Of a stretch of 64,000 nucleotides of DNA, positions 46,976-57,736 are shown one piece after another. Made by a program: the position numbers and the translations under genes. The notes below the pieces were generated by a model. The model ran no database searches, had not been told where the DNA came from, and saw only the letters and a list, made by a program, of their open reading frames with translations. Source of the DNA: an uncultured Holdemania sp. (GTDB lineage: Bacteria > Bacillota_I > Bacilli_A > Erysipelotrichales > Erysipelotrichaceae); the NCBI GenBank assembly GCA_947037125.1, contig CAMQTJ010000006.1, positions 8-64,007 on the forward strand. Direction: 5' to 3'. Within the stretch, counting starts at the first letter, position 1. Every line of letters begins with the position of its first letter.

Positions 46976-48730
46976 CTAATAATAATATAAGGTAACATAA
47001 TTACCATCTTCTTGTGTATATGAAACACCTGTATTAGGTGAACACCTTACAACAACGCCTGTATCAACAACACTATCAACAGATGACTCTAACAAACTTA
47101 ATATAACAACTATCTCTAAGCTTTCCAAATATTGTTGAGCCTCATAAATATCCATTCCAATAATACTATGAGGTATTACAACACTTGGATAACTCGCAAT
47201 CGTTAAACGTATATCTTGTGCAACTTTTGGACTAAACTTAGCCTGTGGTTCAAGTAAATCCTGTTTAATAACAGTACCTGCTTTTTGATCACTTTCAGCT
47301 TCAACAACTAAAACTCTAACATTACTATATTTATCATTAACGGCATTTTTAGCATCATTAATATCCATACCTACATAGTCATCCATTACCAAATAAATCC
47401 CACTACTTACAACAATAGCAATTTTTTCATCAGGTTTCATTAATGTACCATGATCAATAGAGGTAGAAATAATTAAACCTTCTTCTAAACTATCGTTTAA
47501 GACATACTCAATATTACTACTATTAATTCCTAATTGAACTTCACTTAGTAATACCTTACACTCATCCACTGTAATCCCTAAGCAATTTGGCAACGGATTT
47601 TGCTTTTTATTATCTTTAAAACCACTATTTAATAAAATCAACATAATTATAGCAAAAACACTTGTTATAATTACTGCAACTAATAATACAGTCATTGATA
47701 TATTTGTTTTCTTTTGTTTTGCCTTAACTTTTTTAATTTCTTTTTTTCGTTCGATTTTTTGTTGTTGGTAAAGCTGTTGTTCTTCACTATCAAAACTTTT
47801 TACTACTTTAACATGTTCACTTTTACGTTTATCAGTTGAGTTATTGACTTTAGAAATAACTTTAGTAGTATCTCCATCATTAATTTCAAAAATAACCTTC
47901 GGCTCATTTGCTCTACTTATTTCTTGACACGTTTGTAAATCCTTATACATCTCAACACAATTATTGTATCTAAATGCTTTATTTTTTGCCGTAGCTCTTA
48001 TAATAATATTATCTATCGATTGTGGACATTTTATAATTACATTTTTAACAGCAGGTATTTCATCACGCATATGTTTTAGTGCAACTTGAACTAAAGCTTC
48101 ACCACTAAATGGAACTTGACCAGTTAATAATTCATAAAACACTATCCCTAAACTATATATATCACTTTGATAACTTGCACTTTCACCACGAGCTAATTCA
48201 GGCGCTAGATAATGGACAGAACCCATAACAGAGTCACCTTGAGTTAATTGTAATGCATCATGAGCTAAAGCAATACCAAAATCTAATATTTTAATACTAC
48301 CATCATCATTAACGATAATATTTTGCGGTTTAATATCTCGATGAATAATCGATTTACAATGAGCTTCATTTGTTGCACTAACAATTTGTTTCATAATCGA
48401 AACGGATTCACCAACAGTTAGCCCTCCACGAATAGAAATTAATTGCTTTAATGTTTTTCCTTTAATGTATTCCATTACTATAAAATAACGCGAATTATCT
48501 TCACCAACATCAAATATTTCGACAATATTTGGATGAACTAGTGAACAAGAAGCTTTAGCCTCTCTTTGAAATCGCAATAAAGCTAAAGGGTCACTAGCTA
48601 AATCTCCACGTAATATTTTAATTGCAACTTCACGATTCAATAAAGTATCTAATGCAACATATACATCCGCCATACCACCTTGACCAATATGTTTAAGTAA
48701 TTGGTAACGATTCGCAATAAGTTTAATCAT
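46976..48730 (-). CDS. prkC: Ser/Thr protein kinase with TM segment and extracellular PASTA repeats (PrkC/PknB)
   Basis: Kinase motifs GQGGMADVY, HRDIKPQN, DFGIA. TM segment VLLVAVIITSVFAIIMLILL. C-terminal repeated PASTA-like modules. Confidence 0.9.
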   Translation of the reverse strand: MIKLIANRYQLLKHIGQGGMADVYVALDTLLNREVAIKILRGDLASDPLALLRFQREAKASCSLVHPNIVEIFDVGEDNSRYFIVMEYIKGKTLKQLISIRGGLTVGESVSIMKQIVSATNEAHCKSIIHRDIKPQNIIVNDDGSIKILDFGIALAHDALQLTQGDSVMGSVHYLAPELARGESASYQSDIYSLGIVFYELLTGQVPFSGEALVQVALKHMRDEIPAVKNVIIKCPQSIDNIIIRATAKNKAFRYNNCVEMYKDLQTCQEISRANEPKVIFEINDGDTTKVISKVNNSTDKRKSEHVKVVKSFDSEEQQLYQQQKIERKKEIKKVKAKQKKTNISMTVLLVAVIITSVFAIIMLILLNSGFKDNKKQNPLPNCLGITVDECKVLLSEVQLGINSSNIEYVLNDSLEEGLIISTSIDHGTLMKPDEKIAIVVSSGIYLVMDDYVGMDINDAKNAVNDKYSNVRVLVVEAESDQKAGTVIKQDLLEPQAKFSPKVAQDIRLTIASYPSVVIPHSIIGMDIYEAQQYLESLEIVVILSLLESSVDSVVDTGVVVRCSPNTGVSYTQEDGNYVTLYYY

Positions 48731-49476
48731 TAGCTATTTTCCCCCTTCATTTCAATTAAAACAACAGTAATATTATCATATCCACCAACCGCTAAGGAAC
48801 TATCAATTAATATTCGATGCTTTTGTTTACTACTTAAATTTTTATTACATGCGATATCATTTATCAACTCTTGATCAACATATCCATGTAAACCATCTGA
48901 ACACAACAAAAAGAAATCAACATCTTCTACTATATTAAATATATCAATTTTAATTGCATCAAATACACCTAAAGCATTTGTAATATAATGTCTTTGTTCA
49001 TGAATTTTAGCCATTTCTTTCGTTATTTCTTTTTGATTAATCATTTCTTGAACTAAAGTATGATCTTCACTCAATTGATTAAATACATTATTACTAAATA
49101 AGGCATAAGCCCTAGAATCACCAATATTCACAACAAATTTTCCTACCTTAGTTACAAACAATCCAACAAAAGTAGTACCCATACCTGCATACTCTTTTTT
49201 AGTTGTAGAATAAGCAAAAAGTTGATTATTTGCCATTTTTAAATTTGTTTGAATCCATAATAATAAATCATCTTTATCAGTAAAACCCTTATTACTACTA
49301 AAATGTTCACTAAAATATCTCACAATAAAATTAGATGCAACATCCCCAGATTTACCACCACCGATTCCATCACAAACAACAGCTAAAAGATCACCTATTT
49401 CATTATAAGCGATAATATAACTATCTTGATTGTTTCGTCGAACTAGTCCACGATCAGTAAATCCATAAGTTTTCAT
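48730..49476 (-). CDS. prpC: PP2C-family Ser/Thr phosphatase (PrpC/Stp)
   Basis: TDRGLVR.NNQDS, VCDGIGG, LLCSDGL, DN.T motifs. Confidence 0.9.
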   Translation of the reverse strand: MKTYGFTDRGLVRRNNQDSYIIAYNEIGDLLAVVCDGIGGGKSGDVASNFIVRYFSEHFSSNKGFTDKDDLLLWIQTNLKMANNQLFAYSTTKKEYAGMGTTFVGLFVTKVGKFVVNIGDSRAYALFSNNVFNQLSEDHTLVQEMINQKEITKEMAKIHEQRHYITNALGVFDAIKIDIFNIVEDVDFFLLCSDGLHGYVDQELINDIACNKNLSSKQKHRILIDSSLAVGGYDNITVVLIEMKGENS

Positions 49477-49479
49477 AAG

Positions 49480-50523
49480 TTAATTCCTTTCATGTTTAGC
49501 ACGTAGTTGCCCACATGCAGCATCAATATCATCACCATGCTTTGCTCTAAGAGTACATTTTATACCATTTTTCATTAATGTATCATAAAATTTCATTGCA
49601 GTTTTCATATTTGATGTCTTATAACCATTTTCATCTACTTCATTATAAGGTATTAAATTAACATATGCATTCATACCTCTAATTAATTGTGCAAGTTTAA
49701 TAGCCATTGCTTGAGAATCGTTAACATCTTTTAATAATATATATTCAAATGTAAGTCTACGATTATTTTCCTTTAAATAAGTATTCAATGCACCCATTAG
49801 TTTATTAAGATTAAATGATTGATTAACAGGCATAATTTGTGATCTTAGCTCATCAGTTGGTGCATGTAATGAAATAGCTAAATTATATTGTACATTTTCC
49901 TTAGAAAATCTAAGTATTTTATCTACTAATCCACAAGTACTTATCGTAATATGACGAGCACCAATTGCAAGTCCTTTATCATGATTTATTGTATTACAAA
50001 AACCTAGTACATTATCATAATTATCAAAAGGTTCACCCGTTCCCATAATTACTACATGAGATAAACGTTCACCATCTAAATCTAATTCTTTTTGAACAGC
50101 CATTACTTGGGCAACCATTTCACCACTTGTACAATCACGTTTCTTTTTTAATAAACCTGATGCACAAAACTTACAACCCATATTGCAACCAATTTGTGAT
50201 GTTACACATAAACTTTTACCATAATCAAAATGCATTAAAACTGATTCCACAAGTGAACCATCACTAAGTTTAAATAAATACTTACAAGTTTTATCTTCTG
50301 AAACTTGTTTATCTACTATCGTTAGTGGACTTACCGTATAATTACTATTTAACCATTCAATTGTATCTTTTGATATATCACTCATTTGATCAAAAGTTGT
50401 AACTCTTTTTTTATATAACCACGCAAAAATTTGATTAGCTCTAAATTTTTTATAATTTTGTGCTAACATTAACTCCTCAAATTGTGCATATGTATAATCG
50501 TATATTGTTTTCATATTCATCAC
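49480..50523 (-). CDS. rlmN: 23S rRNA/tRNA (adenine-C2)-methyltransferase RlmN (radical SAM)
   Basis: CNMGCKFCASG radical SAM cluster, GMGEP-like MGTGEP, and the C-terminal DIDAACGQL. Confidence 0.9.
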   Translation of the reverse strand: MMNMKTIYDYTYAQFEELMLAQNYKKFRANQIFAWLYKKRVTTFDQMSDISKDTIEWLNSNYTVSPLTIVDKQVSEDKTCKYLFKLSDGSLVESVLMHFDYGKSLCVTSQIGCNMGCKFCASGLLKKKRDCTSGEMVAQVMAVQKELDLDGERLSHVVIMGTGEPFDNYDNVLGFCNTINHDKGLAIGARHITISTCGLVDKILRFSKENVQYNLAISLHAPTDELRSQIMPVNQSFNLNKLMGALNTYLKENNRRLTFEYILLKDVNDSQAMAIKLAQLIRGMNAYVNLIPYNEVDENGYKTSNMKTAMKFYDTLMKNGIKCTLRAKHGDDIDAACGQLRAKHERN

Positions 50524-50547
50524 CTTTTATTTATAATAACATATTAT

Positions 50548-51768
50548 CTATTTTTTAACTAATTTCGCAACATAAAATCCATCACAATACTGTTCAAACG
50601 GAAAGAATGTTTGTTCAAAAACTAGTTCAAAGTCTTCATTTTCTTTAATAAATTTTGCTACCATCTTTTCATTTTCTTTTTTATTTAAAGTACAAGTACT
50701 ATATACTATTGTACCACCTGTTTTTATTAAATGCTTACATGAATTTAATATATCATTTTGAATAATACAGATTTCATCAATTGATTCAGGTGTTACCTTA
50801 AATTTAATATCAGCTTTTTTACTTAAAGCTCCTAAACCAGAACATGGTACATCTAATAATATCTTATCAAATTGCATATCATGCAAGATTGTATCAGCAC
50901 ATGTTGCATCCATTACTTTAAGTTCACAATTTAAAACATTTAATCTTTCATTTGATGACTTAACTAATTCAAGTCTTTTTTCATATAAGTCACAAGCAAT
51001 AAGTTTACCTGTATTATTCATTAAACCTGCAATAAACGATGTTTTAGAACCTGGAGCACTACATGCATCCAATACTGTTTCAAAAGGCTTAGGATCAAGT
51101 AATTTAACTGCCATTTGACTAGAATAGTTTTGAATAGTTGCAAGTCCTTGTTCATAATATTTAGAACGTACAATATTACCACGATAAATAAATGCATATT
51201 CATCTATTTTTTCAACTAATTCATCACCAATTATATCCTCCATATTAATTTTAAGTGGATTAATTCTTGAGATAATATCTTTAGATTTAGTGAAGCAATG
51301 ACATATTTTATAACAATTTTCACTACCATAATGAGCATTAAACATTTTAACTAACCACAATGGTATTGATGTATTAATTGCAAGAGATTCTAATGTATCA
51401 TCTTGTGCTAATTGTAGTGGTTGATCGCAACATTTACGTAAGATTGCATTGATAAGTGAACGATAATTACCATCAGCTAAATTAACACTTTCATTAACGA
51501 TGGCATAAGTTGGTAATTTATCTAAAAAATACAATTGAAACATTGCCATATTAAGTAATATTTCATTACGTTTCACAACTTTAGTTTTCGTATATTTTAC
51601 CCATTGATAAGTGCATAAATCATAATTACGCAAAGTACCATAGATAATTTGTGTCGCTAAAGACATATCCTCAGGACTTAAATTATTTATTTTTTTTATT
51701 GCAAGAGATGCATAAGCATCATTTATTAATACATCACACAATATCTTATAAGCTGTTTTTCTTGGCAT
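50548..51768 (-). CDS. rsmB: 16S rRNA (cytosine967-C5)-methyltransferase RsmB
   Basis: N-terminal NusB-like domain. SAM site DACSAPGSKT, catalytic DVPCSG and YSTCT. Confidence 0.85.
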   Translation of the reverse strand: MPRKTAYKILCDVLINDAYASLAIKKINNLSPEDMSLATQIIYGTLRNYDLCTYQWVKYTKTKVVKRNEILLNMAMFQLYFLDKLPTYAIVNESVNLADGNYRSLINAILRKCCDQPLQLAQDDTLESLAINTSIPLWLVKMFNAHYGSENCYKICHCFTKSKDIISRINPLKINMEDIIGDELVEKIDEYAFIYRGNIVRSKYYEQGLATIQNYSSQMAVKLLDPKPFETVLDACSAPGSKTSFIAGLMNNTGKLIACDLYEKRLELVKSSNERLNVLNCELKVMDATCADTILHDMQFDKILLDVPCSGLGALSKKADIKFKVTPESIDEICIIQNDILNSCKHLIKTGGTIVYSTCTLNKKENEKMVAKFIKENEDFELVFEQTFFPFEQYCDGFYVAKLVKK

Positions 51769-51776
51769 ACTATTCC

Positions 51777-53948
51777 CTATTGTAAATGAGTAGGATTCAC
51801 ATCAATCACTACATTACACTTTCCTTTATTTTCTTTATATTTTTGTAAAACAAGTGCTAAATCATTACGCATAACATCTAAATCTTTACCTTTTAGTATC
51901 AAACGATAACGATATTTATCAATTAATTTAATCATTTCCGCAGGTCCTAAAACCTTATATTTATTATAAGTAAAACCACTTTTAAAATTTCTAATTTCAT
52001 TTTCCACAACATCTTTATTCTTATCACTAAATACAATACTTATTAAATAAGAATATGGAGGATTATTACTTTGATGACGATATTTCATTTCATGATTAAA
52101 AAAGCTAACATAATCTTGATTACATGCAGACTTCACAACATAATTATTATCATCAAATACCTGCACTACAACACGACCATTTTTACTTCCTCTACCACTT
52201 CTACCTGCTGCTTGAGTAATTAATTGAAAGATTGATTCATTCACATTAAAATCAGCCCCATTAATTCCATTATCAGCATTCACTATCCCAACTAAAGTAA
52301 CATTTTCAAAATCTAGCCCTTTTGCTATCATTTGTGTACCAATTAAAATATCGGCTTCATGATTAGAAAAACTATTTAATATTTTTTGATGTGCACCTTT
52401 AATCTTTACAGTATCTCCATCCATTCTCAGGATTTTTACACCATTAAACAAACGAGTTACTTCTTCTTGTAGTTTTTGAGTACCAACACCAAAGTTCACA
52501 AACACCTTACTATTACAATGATCACAGGTACTTTCATAACTTGTAATATAACCACAACAATGACACTTTAATGTATTATCAACCTTGTGATAATTAAGTG
52601 CAAGATCACAATGAGGACACATCTTAGTCTCATTACAATTACTACATTTTAAGTATGGTGAATAACCACGACGATTCAATAATAAAATTATTTGTTCATT
52701 ACGACTTAAACATTCACCTATTTTTTGTTTTAATTCATTTGTAATTAAATAAGGTTGCAGATTTTTCATTTCATTTTTAGTATTCACACAGATAATATCT
52801 GCAAAACTATTATTAACACGTTGAGTAATACTAACTAATTGATATACACCCTTTAAAGCTCTTGCATACGAGTCAACCGATGGTGTTGCACTTCCTAATA
52901 TTAACTTACAATTAGCCATCTTAGATCTAAAGATAGCCACATCCCGTGTATGATAATGTAAGTTTGTTTCTTGTTTATATGATGAATCATGTTCCTCATC
53001 CATTACAATTAAACCAAGATTTTCAAAAGGCATAAAAATAGCACTTCTTGTACCAATAACTACATTAACTTCATTATTAAATACTCTTAAATACTGTTCA
53101 TATTTTTCTTGATTATTTAAACCTGAATGATATATTGCACAATCTTGTTTAAAACGATTATTAAAACGACTAATCATTAAAGGTGTCAGTGCAATTTCTG
53201 GGACTAAGATAAGCACCTGTTTTTTTTGTTTAATCATTTTTGAAGCATATTGTAAATAAATCTCTGTTTTACCACAACCTGTAACACCTTGTAATAAAAC
53301 TATATTATTATCACTATTTTCAATTGTATCCATGGCACTTATTTGATGACTATTAAGTATTTTTTCATTATCAGATATAAAATTATTTTCATTTATATAA
53401 ACTACTTGCTTATCAAATTGTTCTACAAAACATTTATCTTCTAATGTTTTTGAAATTGATTTATATAACAAACGCCACTTAGTAAGCTTCATTTCTTTTT
53501 CATTAACTAAAGCATCATATGCTATTTGTTGTTTATCACTTAATTTATCACAAGCATTTTTAATCCTTACAAATTTTTCAGTTTTAATTTTATGATTAGT
53601 TGAAGCAGGTTTTAGTTTGGCAGGCAACATTGTTTGAAAGACACTGATTAATGGAGCCAATGTTATCTTTTGTAAGTGATATGCTAATTTCATTAAATCA
53701 GAATTGATTAAAGGTGACTTATCAATAACTGATGTTACATATTTAAGTTTATAGCCATAATCTAAACAAATTTGTTCATAGCATTCTTCACTATCAATAA
53801 CATTCACTACAAAACCAATAATATCACGATTATTAAAATTTATTGATACACGTTTACCAACACTTACACTTTCATCATCACATAAATAGGCAAAACTTTT
53901 ATCAACACTATAACTTGCATATTCTACATAGACATCAATAATTTTCAA
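51777..53948 (-). CDS. priA: Primosomal protein N' (replication restart helicase PriA)
   Basis: Walker A GVTGCGKTE, DEEHD, cysteine-rich zinc region (CSNC..KMCPHC...CHCCG), QVAGRSGR-like QAAGRSGRG. Confidence 0.9.
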   Translation of the reverse strand: MKIIDVYVEYASYSVDKSFAYLCDDESVSVGKRVSINFNNRDIIGFVVNVIDSEECYEQICLDYGYKLKYVTSVIDKSPLINSDLMKLAYHLQKITLAPLISVFQTMLPAKLKPASTNHKIKTEKFVRIKNACDKLSDKQQIAYDALVNEKEMKLTKWRLLYKSISKTLEDKCFVEQFDKQVVYINENNFISDNEKILNSHQISAMDTIENSDNNIVLLQGVTGCGKTEIYLQYASKMIKQKKQVLILVPEIALTPLMISRFNNRFKQDCAIYHSGLNNQEKYEQYLRVFNNEVNVVIGTRSAIFMPFENLGLIVMDEEHDSSYKQETNLHYHTRDVAIFRSKMANCKLILGSATPSVDSYARALKGVYQLVSITQRVNNSFADIICVNTKNEMKNLQPYLITNELKQKIGECLSRNEQIILLLNRRGYSPYLKCSNCNETKMCPHCDLALNYHKVDNTLKCHCCGYITSYESTCDHCNSKVFVNFGVGTQKLQEEVTRLFNGVKILRMDGDTVKIKGAHQKILNSFSNHEADILIGTQMIAKGLDFENVTLVGIVNADNGINGADFNVNESIFQLITQAAGRSGRGSKNGRVVVQVFDDNNYVVKSACNQDYVSFFNHEMKYRHQSNNPPYSYLISIVFSDKNKDVVENEIRNFKSGFTYNKYKVLGPAEMIKLIDKYRYRLILKGKDLDVMRNDLALVLQKYKENKGKCNVVIDVNPTHLQ

Positions 53949-53952
53949 ACTA

Positions 53953-54492
53953 CTACCTCCTATAAATCATATCATCACTTATTACTATATCCATTAAGAT
54001 ATCATGATTCTCTATCTTAATCTTATCTAATTTTTGTTCACTAAATGCCAAAGCTATTTTTAAATTATGATAATTCATTAAAGCTCTATCATAAAACCCT
54101 GCACCATATCCCATACGATTACCTAAAGCATCAAAACCAACTAAAGGTATTATCATAACATCAATTTGATTAATATCAATAATATTACAGTCGATAGGTT
54201 CTAACACATTAAATTTACCAGTTTGTAATTTATTCATATTATCAAGAATATGAAAATCTAATGATTGACCATTTACTTTAGGCACACAAACTATTTTATT
54301 AAGCATTAATTTATTAATTATCTCTATTGTATCAACTTCAAACTCTTTTGATACATATATACCTACAGTTTTATATTCACTAATTAATTCAAATACCTTA
54401 TTGTTTATTACTTGATTTTTATAAGTAAAATCATTAAAACTAATATTATTTCTAATTTTGATTAATTCTAATCTAGTTTTTTGCTTACTCAT
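53953..54492 (-). CDS. 5-formyltetrahydrofolate cyclo-ligase
   Basis: K..LR, then PLVGFD..GNRMGYGAGFYDR. The ATG at 54492 is preceded by GGGTGA. Confidence 0.75.
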   Translation of the reverse strand: MSKQKTRLELIKIRNNISFNDFTYKNQVINNKVFELISEYKTVGIYVSKEFEVDTIEIINKLMLNKIVCVPKVNGQSLDFHILDNMNKLQTGKFNVLEPIDCNIIDINQIDVMIIPLVGFDALGNRMGYGAGFYDRALMNYHNLKIALAFSEQKLDKIKIENHDILMDIVISDDMIYRR

Positions 54493-54651
54493 AATAATCA
54501 CCCTTTTAATTTTACCATAATATCGCCTAAATTAATAACAATAACGCACATCAAAAGACAGTAATAAGCAATTTATAAGGATAATAAATAACAAAAAAAA
54601 GCTAATAACTATTCATTTAGAATAATTTATAACTTTAATTTTCTTTAATTA

Positions 54652-55446
54652 TTATTTACCAATAAATAATAAATGACTACTTCTACCTAACATTTCAGGT
54701 TTTTCACAACAATAATAATGATATTGTAAATACTTATCATAAGCAATATCACTCATACTATTTATTTGATTTTGTAATAGTTCACTAACCCCATCAGATG
54801 CTACTTCATTAAGTAGATTAATATTTCCATTAACTAACATTTGCCTTGCTTCATCTACAGTAAAAAACACAAAAGGAAAGTCTTCAATTTTAAAATGTTC
54901 ATCATAATTATTTTCATCAAAATAGTTTTGATTATAATTACTAAATTCTGTCAAGATAACCATATCATTTGAGATAAAAGCAAAAAAGATAGTACCACTT
55001 TGCTTACAAACTCTTTTAGCTTCACTAATGCATTTTTGACGATCAATTTCATTATGTAAATGATATAATGGTCCAAAAAGTAATACAATATCAAAACTAT
55101 CATTTTCATAAAGTGATAAATCCATAGCATTACCCTGTTTTAGTTTTAAATTCATTGTACCATCGATCTTTTTTTCAAATGCCTCAATGTTACTTGAACT
55201 AAGTTCTAATGCACTAACATCATATCCTTGTTTCGCAAAATGTAGGCTATATTCACCAGCACCTGCTCCAATATCTAAAATTTTATCACCACGCTTTAAA
55301 TACTTATTGATAAATTTTATTGTAGTTAAAAACTCGACCCTTGCATGTTTTGTACGATTTAATCTTTGATCCTCATTAAATAGTTCATAGATCATCGATA
55401 CTTGTTGTGCCTCATCTTTAATTTCTCTTATTTTATCAATACTCAT
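54652..55446 (-). CDS. Class I SAM-dependent methyltransferase
   Basis: SAM motif I ILDIGAGAGEYS, post-I DVSALELS, motif II FDIVLLFGPLYH. Confidence 0.75.
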   Translation of the reverse strand: MSIDKIREIKDEAQQVSMIYELFNEDQRLNRTKHARVEFLTTIKFINKYLKRGDKILDIGAGAGEYSLHFAKQGYDVSALELSSSNIEAFEKKIDGTMNLKLKQGNAMDLSLYENDSFDIVLLFGPLYHLHNEIDRQKCISEAKRVCKQSGTIFFAFISNDMVILTEFSNYNQNYFDENNYDEHFKIEDFPFVFFTVDEARQMLVNGNINLLNEVASDGVSELLQNQINSMSDIAYDKYLQYHYYCCEKPEMLGRSSHLLFIGK

Positions 55447-55478
55447 TTTAACCCTCCTTTTTATTTTTTAATAATTTA

Positions 55479-56036
55479 TTATTGTTCTATAATAACACGA
55501 CATTTCAAGCCTGTCATTTCACTATCATCTAGCCACATTGTATAAACGACAAAATCGTTATGTGTTATCATAGCTAAATTTTTTAAGTTTTCAATTACAT
55601 AAATATTATTACTTTCGCATAAACGATCAGCTTGTTCATGCTGTTCATGTTGTCTTATACCTGCACAATCAACACCGATAAATCTTACTTTCTTATCGAT
55701 TAGTGCATTGATTAATTCCTGTGATAATTGTGGATGATTATCAAAATATAATTTATCTCCATAAGCATATTTTTCTATTTGACCTGTGTGAAATAATACA
55801 AAACTATCCTTTTGGATTTTGTCTAAATCAATATCACTTATTTCAACTTCTTTTTTACCTACAACATCAAATAGTATTCCATCTGACTTAAAGTATTCTA
55901 AAGGTACAGTACTTTTATTGTATATATCTAAATGTGTTCCTATATGTCCCATTGCGACATGTTTGTTTTTTTGTGCTAAAGCCCATTGCATCATTGGACT
56001 ATTATTATCTATTAAATGCGTTAAATCGATTATCAT
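55479..56036 (-). CDS. Cyclase-family protein (kynurenine formamidase-like fold)
   Basis: 185 aa. DLTH and GHIGTHLD histidine motif of the putative-cyclase family. Confidence 0.7.
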   Translation of the reverse strand: MIIDLTHLIDNNSPMMQWALAQKNKHVAMGHIGTHLDIYNKSTVPLEYFKSDGILFDVVGKKEVEISDIDLDKIQKDSFVLFHTGQIEKYAYGDKLYFDNHPQLSQELINALIDKKVRFIGVDCAGIRQHEQHEQADRLCESNNIYVIENLKNLAMITHNDFVVYTMWLDDSEMTGLKCRVIIEQ

Positions 56037-56047
56037 TTTTTTCTCCT

Positions 56048-56096
56048 TTAATTAAATATGATGCTTACATGAAATTTCATCCACAACAAGTTTAAA
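56048..56096 (-). repeat. Remnant copy of the 3' end of the PNPOx-family gene (direct repeat A)
   Basis: The 35-nt core 56062-56096 is identical to 61351-61385. It translates (minus strand) to FKLVVDEISCKHHI-stop, versus FKLVVDEISCKQHLN-stop in the intact gene. The stop lies 17 nt before the cyclase ATG with AAAGGAG in between. Confidence 0.8.
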
Positions 56097-56470
56097 CCTT
56101 ACTTAATTATTTAACTTAATAATTAAACATATATTTGCACATATACCTCATGTATTAATTATAATATATCATAAATAAAGACTTAAATCGAGTGCTTTTG
56201 AAAGATCTATACTTATATTAATATTTAAAATTAATTCAACTAATATAGTTTTTATTTAGACCTCATCAGAGTTATAATCAATATATTCATGAATATTATT
56301 TAAAGTAAATTAATAATTAAAAACACATAAAAATCATACATATTGAATAACTTTAATTTAAACAATAAATTCACTGTTTTTATAAGATAAACTATACTAT
56401 CAATCTTTTATCAATTAAAATTATGAATACCTACTAAACACCAACCGAAATATTGATTTTAATTTATAAT

Positions 56471-56512
56471 AAAAAAATCTGATCAGCGCATAATTTAAGC
56501 ACTGCTCGGATT
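56471..56512 (-). terminator. Terminator after the histidine kinase gene
   Basis: A 14-position minus-strand stem (12 pairs, including one G:U wobble), AAUCCGAGCAGUGC ... GCGCUGAUCAGAUU, followed by U7. Confidence 0.55.
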
Positions 56513-57736
56513 TTATAAAATAACTTGAATTGTGATAGACTTACCATCTATGCTTTTTGCAGTAATTTTCCCTTTATGTGCACTAACAATTGATTTAGCC
56601 ATCGATAATCCCAAGCCAAATCCTTGTATATCTGAACATCGTGAGCTATCGCCACGGTAAAATCTATCAAAAAATTCATTGTGGTTGCCTTTTGTTGTTT
56701 GATCGGTTGTGTTAAAAACTTCTATAATGATACTTTCCTGTTTTTTATACAACAGAAAAGAAATCCTTCCTTTACTATCTGAATATTTAAAGGCGTTGTC
56801 TAACAGTATATAAATTAAACGTTCAATATCCTTATAATTACCTACATAGGAAATTTTATCTAATATTTGTCTATCAAAGATTTTATCACCTTTAATTGAA
56901 TTATAGTTTTCACCAATTTCACAAACTATTTTAGATAGGGGCATTTCAAGTTTTATTTTTATATCATCTTCCTCATCTAATTTTGATATTGAAATCAAAT
57001 CATTCACAAGATCTGTAAGTTTTTCAATTTGATTTTTAGTATTACGAGTCCATTTAGATTCACCAGAAATCATTTCAATTATATCAGTATTTGCACTAAT
57101 GATAGTCAGTGGAGTTTTAATTTCATGCGAGGCATTTGTTATAAACCTACTTTGTTTTTCATAGGTAGCTACAATAGGCTTTATTGCAATTTTTGAAAGA
57201 TAAAACGAAATAAGTGCTATCAATATAAGTGCAATTATTGCAATCATTATACTATTTATCAAAAAGTCCAAAAAGATTTCTTGTTCTCTAGTTTGATCAA
57301 TAAATACAATTGCACAAGCTCCATCAATCTTGCCTTTTTGGAATTTATAGTTACCAATATTTCCAGAAATCTTATCAATATCATTTGCCTTAATAGCAAA
57401 CTGTTTTGCGCCTTCTTGACTAATTGTCACCATATTGTCGGTGGTTGCGGATTGTATATTAGAATCATCGTCAAATGTAACGTAAAAGTATCTAAGTTGA
57501 AAGATACTTTCAGGATGGAATATTCCAAAATCTTCTTGATTTATGGTATCGTCATTTGCCCCTTTAGGCTGAGGTAATTCACCATTTTTATTGATAATAT
57601 AGTGTAGCATCTCTTGAGTATGACTACTCATACTTGTATAGTTATATATATTAATTGTACCAATTATAAAAACAAGCGCCACAAAAGCTGATAGCATACA
57701 TATAAGTACAAATTTAAATCTTAGGTTTTTCAACAT
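56513..57736 (-). CDS. Sensor histidine kinase (two TM, ~130-aa extracytoplasmic domain)
   Basis: H-box NASHEIKTPLT, N-box LLDNAFKYS, G-box GFGLGLSMAK. Confidence 0.85.
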   Translation of the reverse strand: MLKNLRFKFVLICMLSAFVALVFIIGTINIYNYTSMSSHTQEMLHYIINKNGELPQPKGANDDTINQEDFGIFHPESIFQLRYFYVTFDDDSNIQSATTDNMVTISQEGAKQFAIKANDIDKISGNIGNYKFQKGKIDGACAIVFIDQTREQEIFLDFLINSIMIAIIALILIALISFYLSKIAIKPIVATYEKQSRFITNASHEIKTPLTIISANTDIIEMISGESKWTRNTKNQIEKLTDLVNDLISISKLDEEDDIKIKLEMPLSKIVCEIGENYNSIKGDKIFDRQILDKISYVGNYKDIERLIYILLDNAFKYSDSKGRISFLLYKKQESIIIEVFNTTDQTTKGNHNEFFDRFYRGDSSRCSDIQGFGLGLSMAKSIVSAHKGKITAKSIDGKSITIQVIL

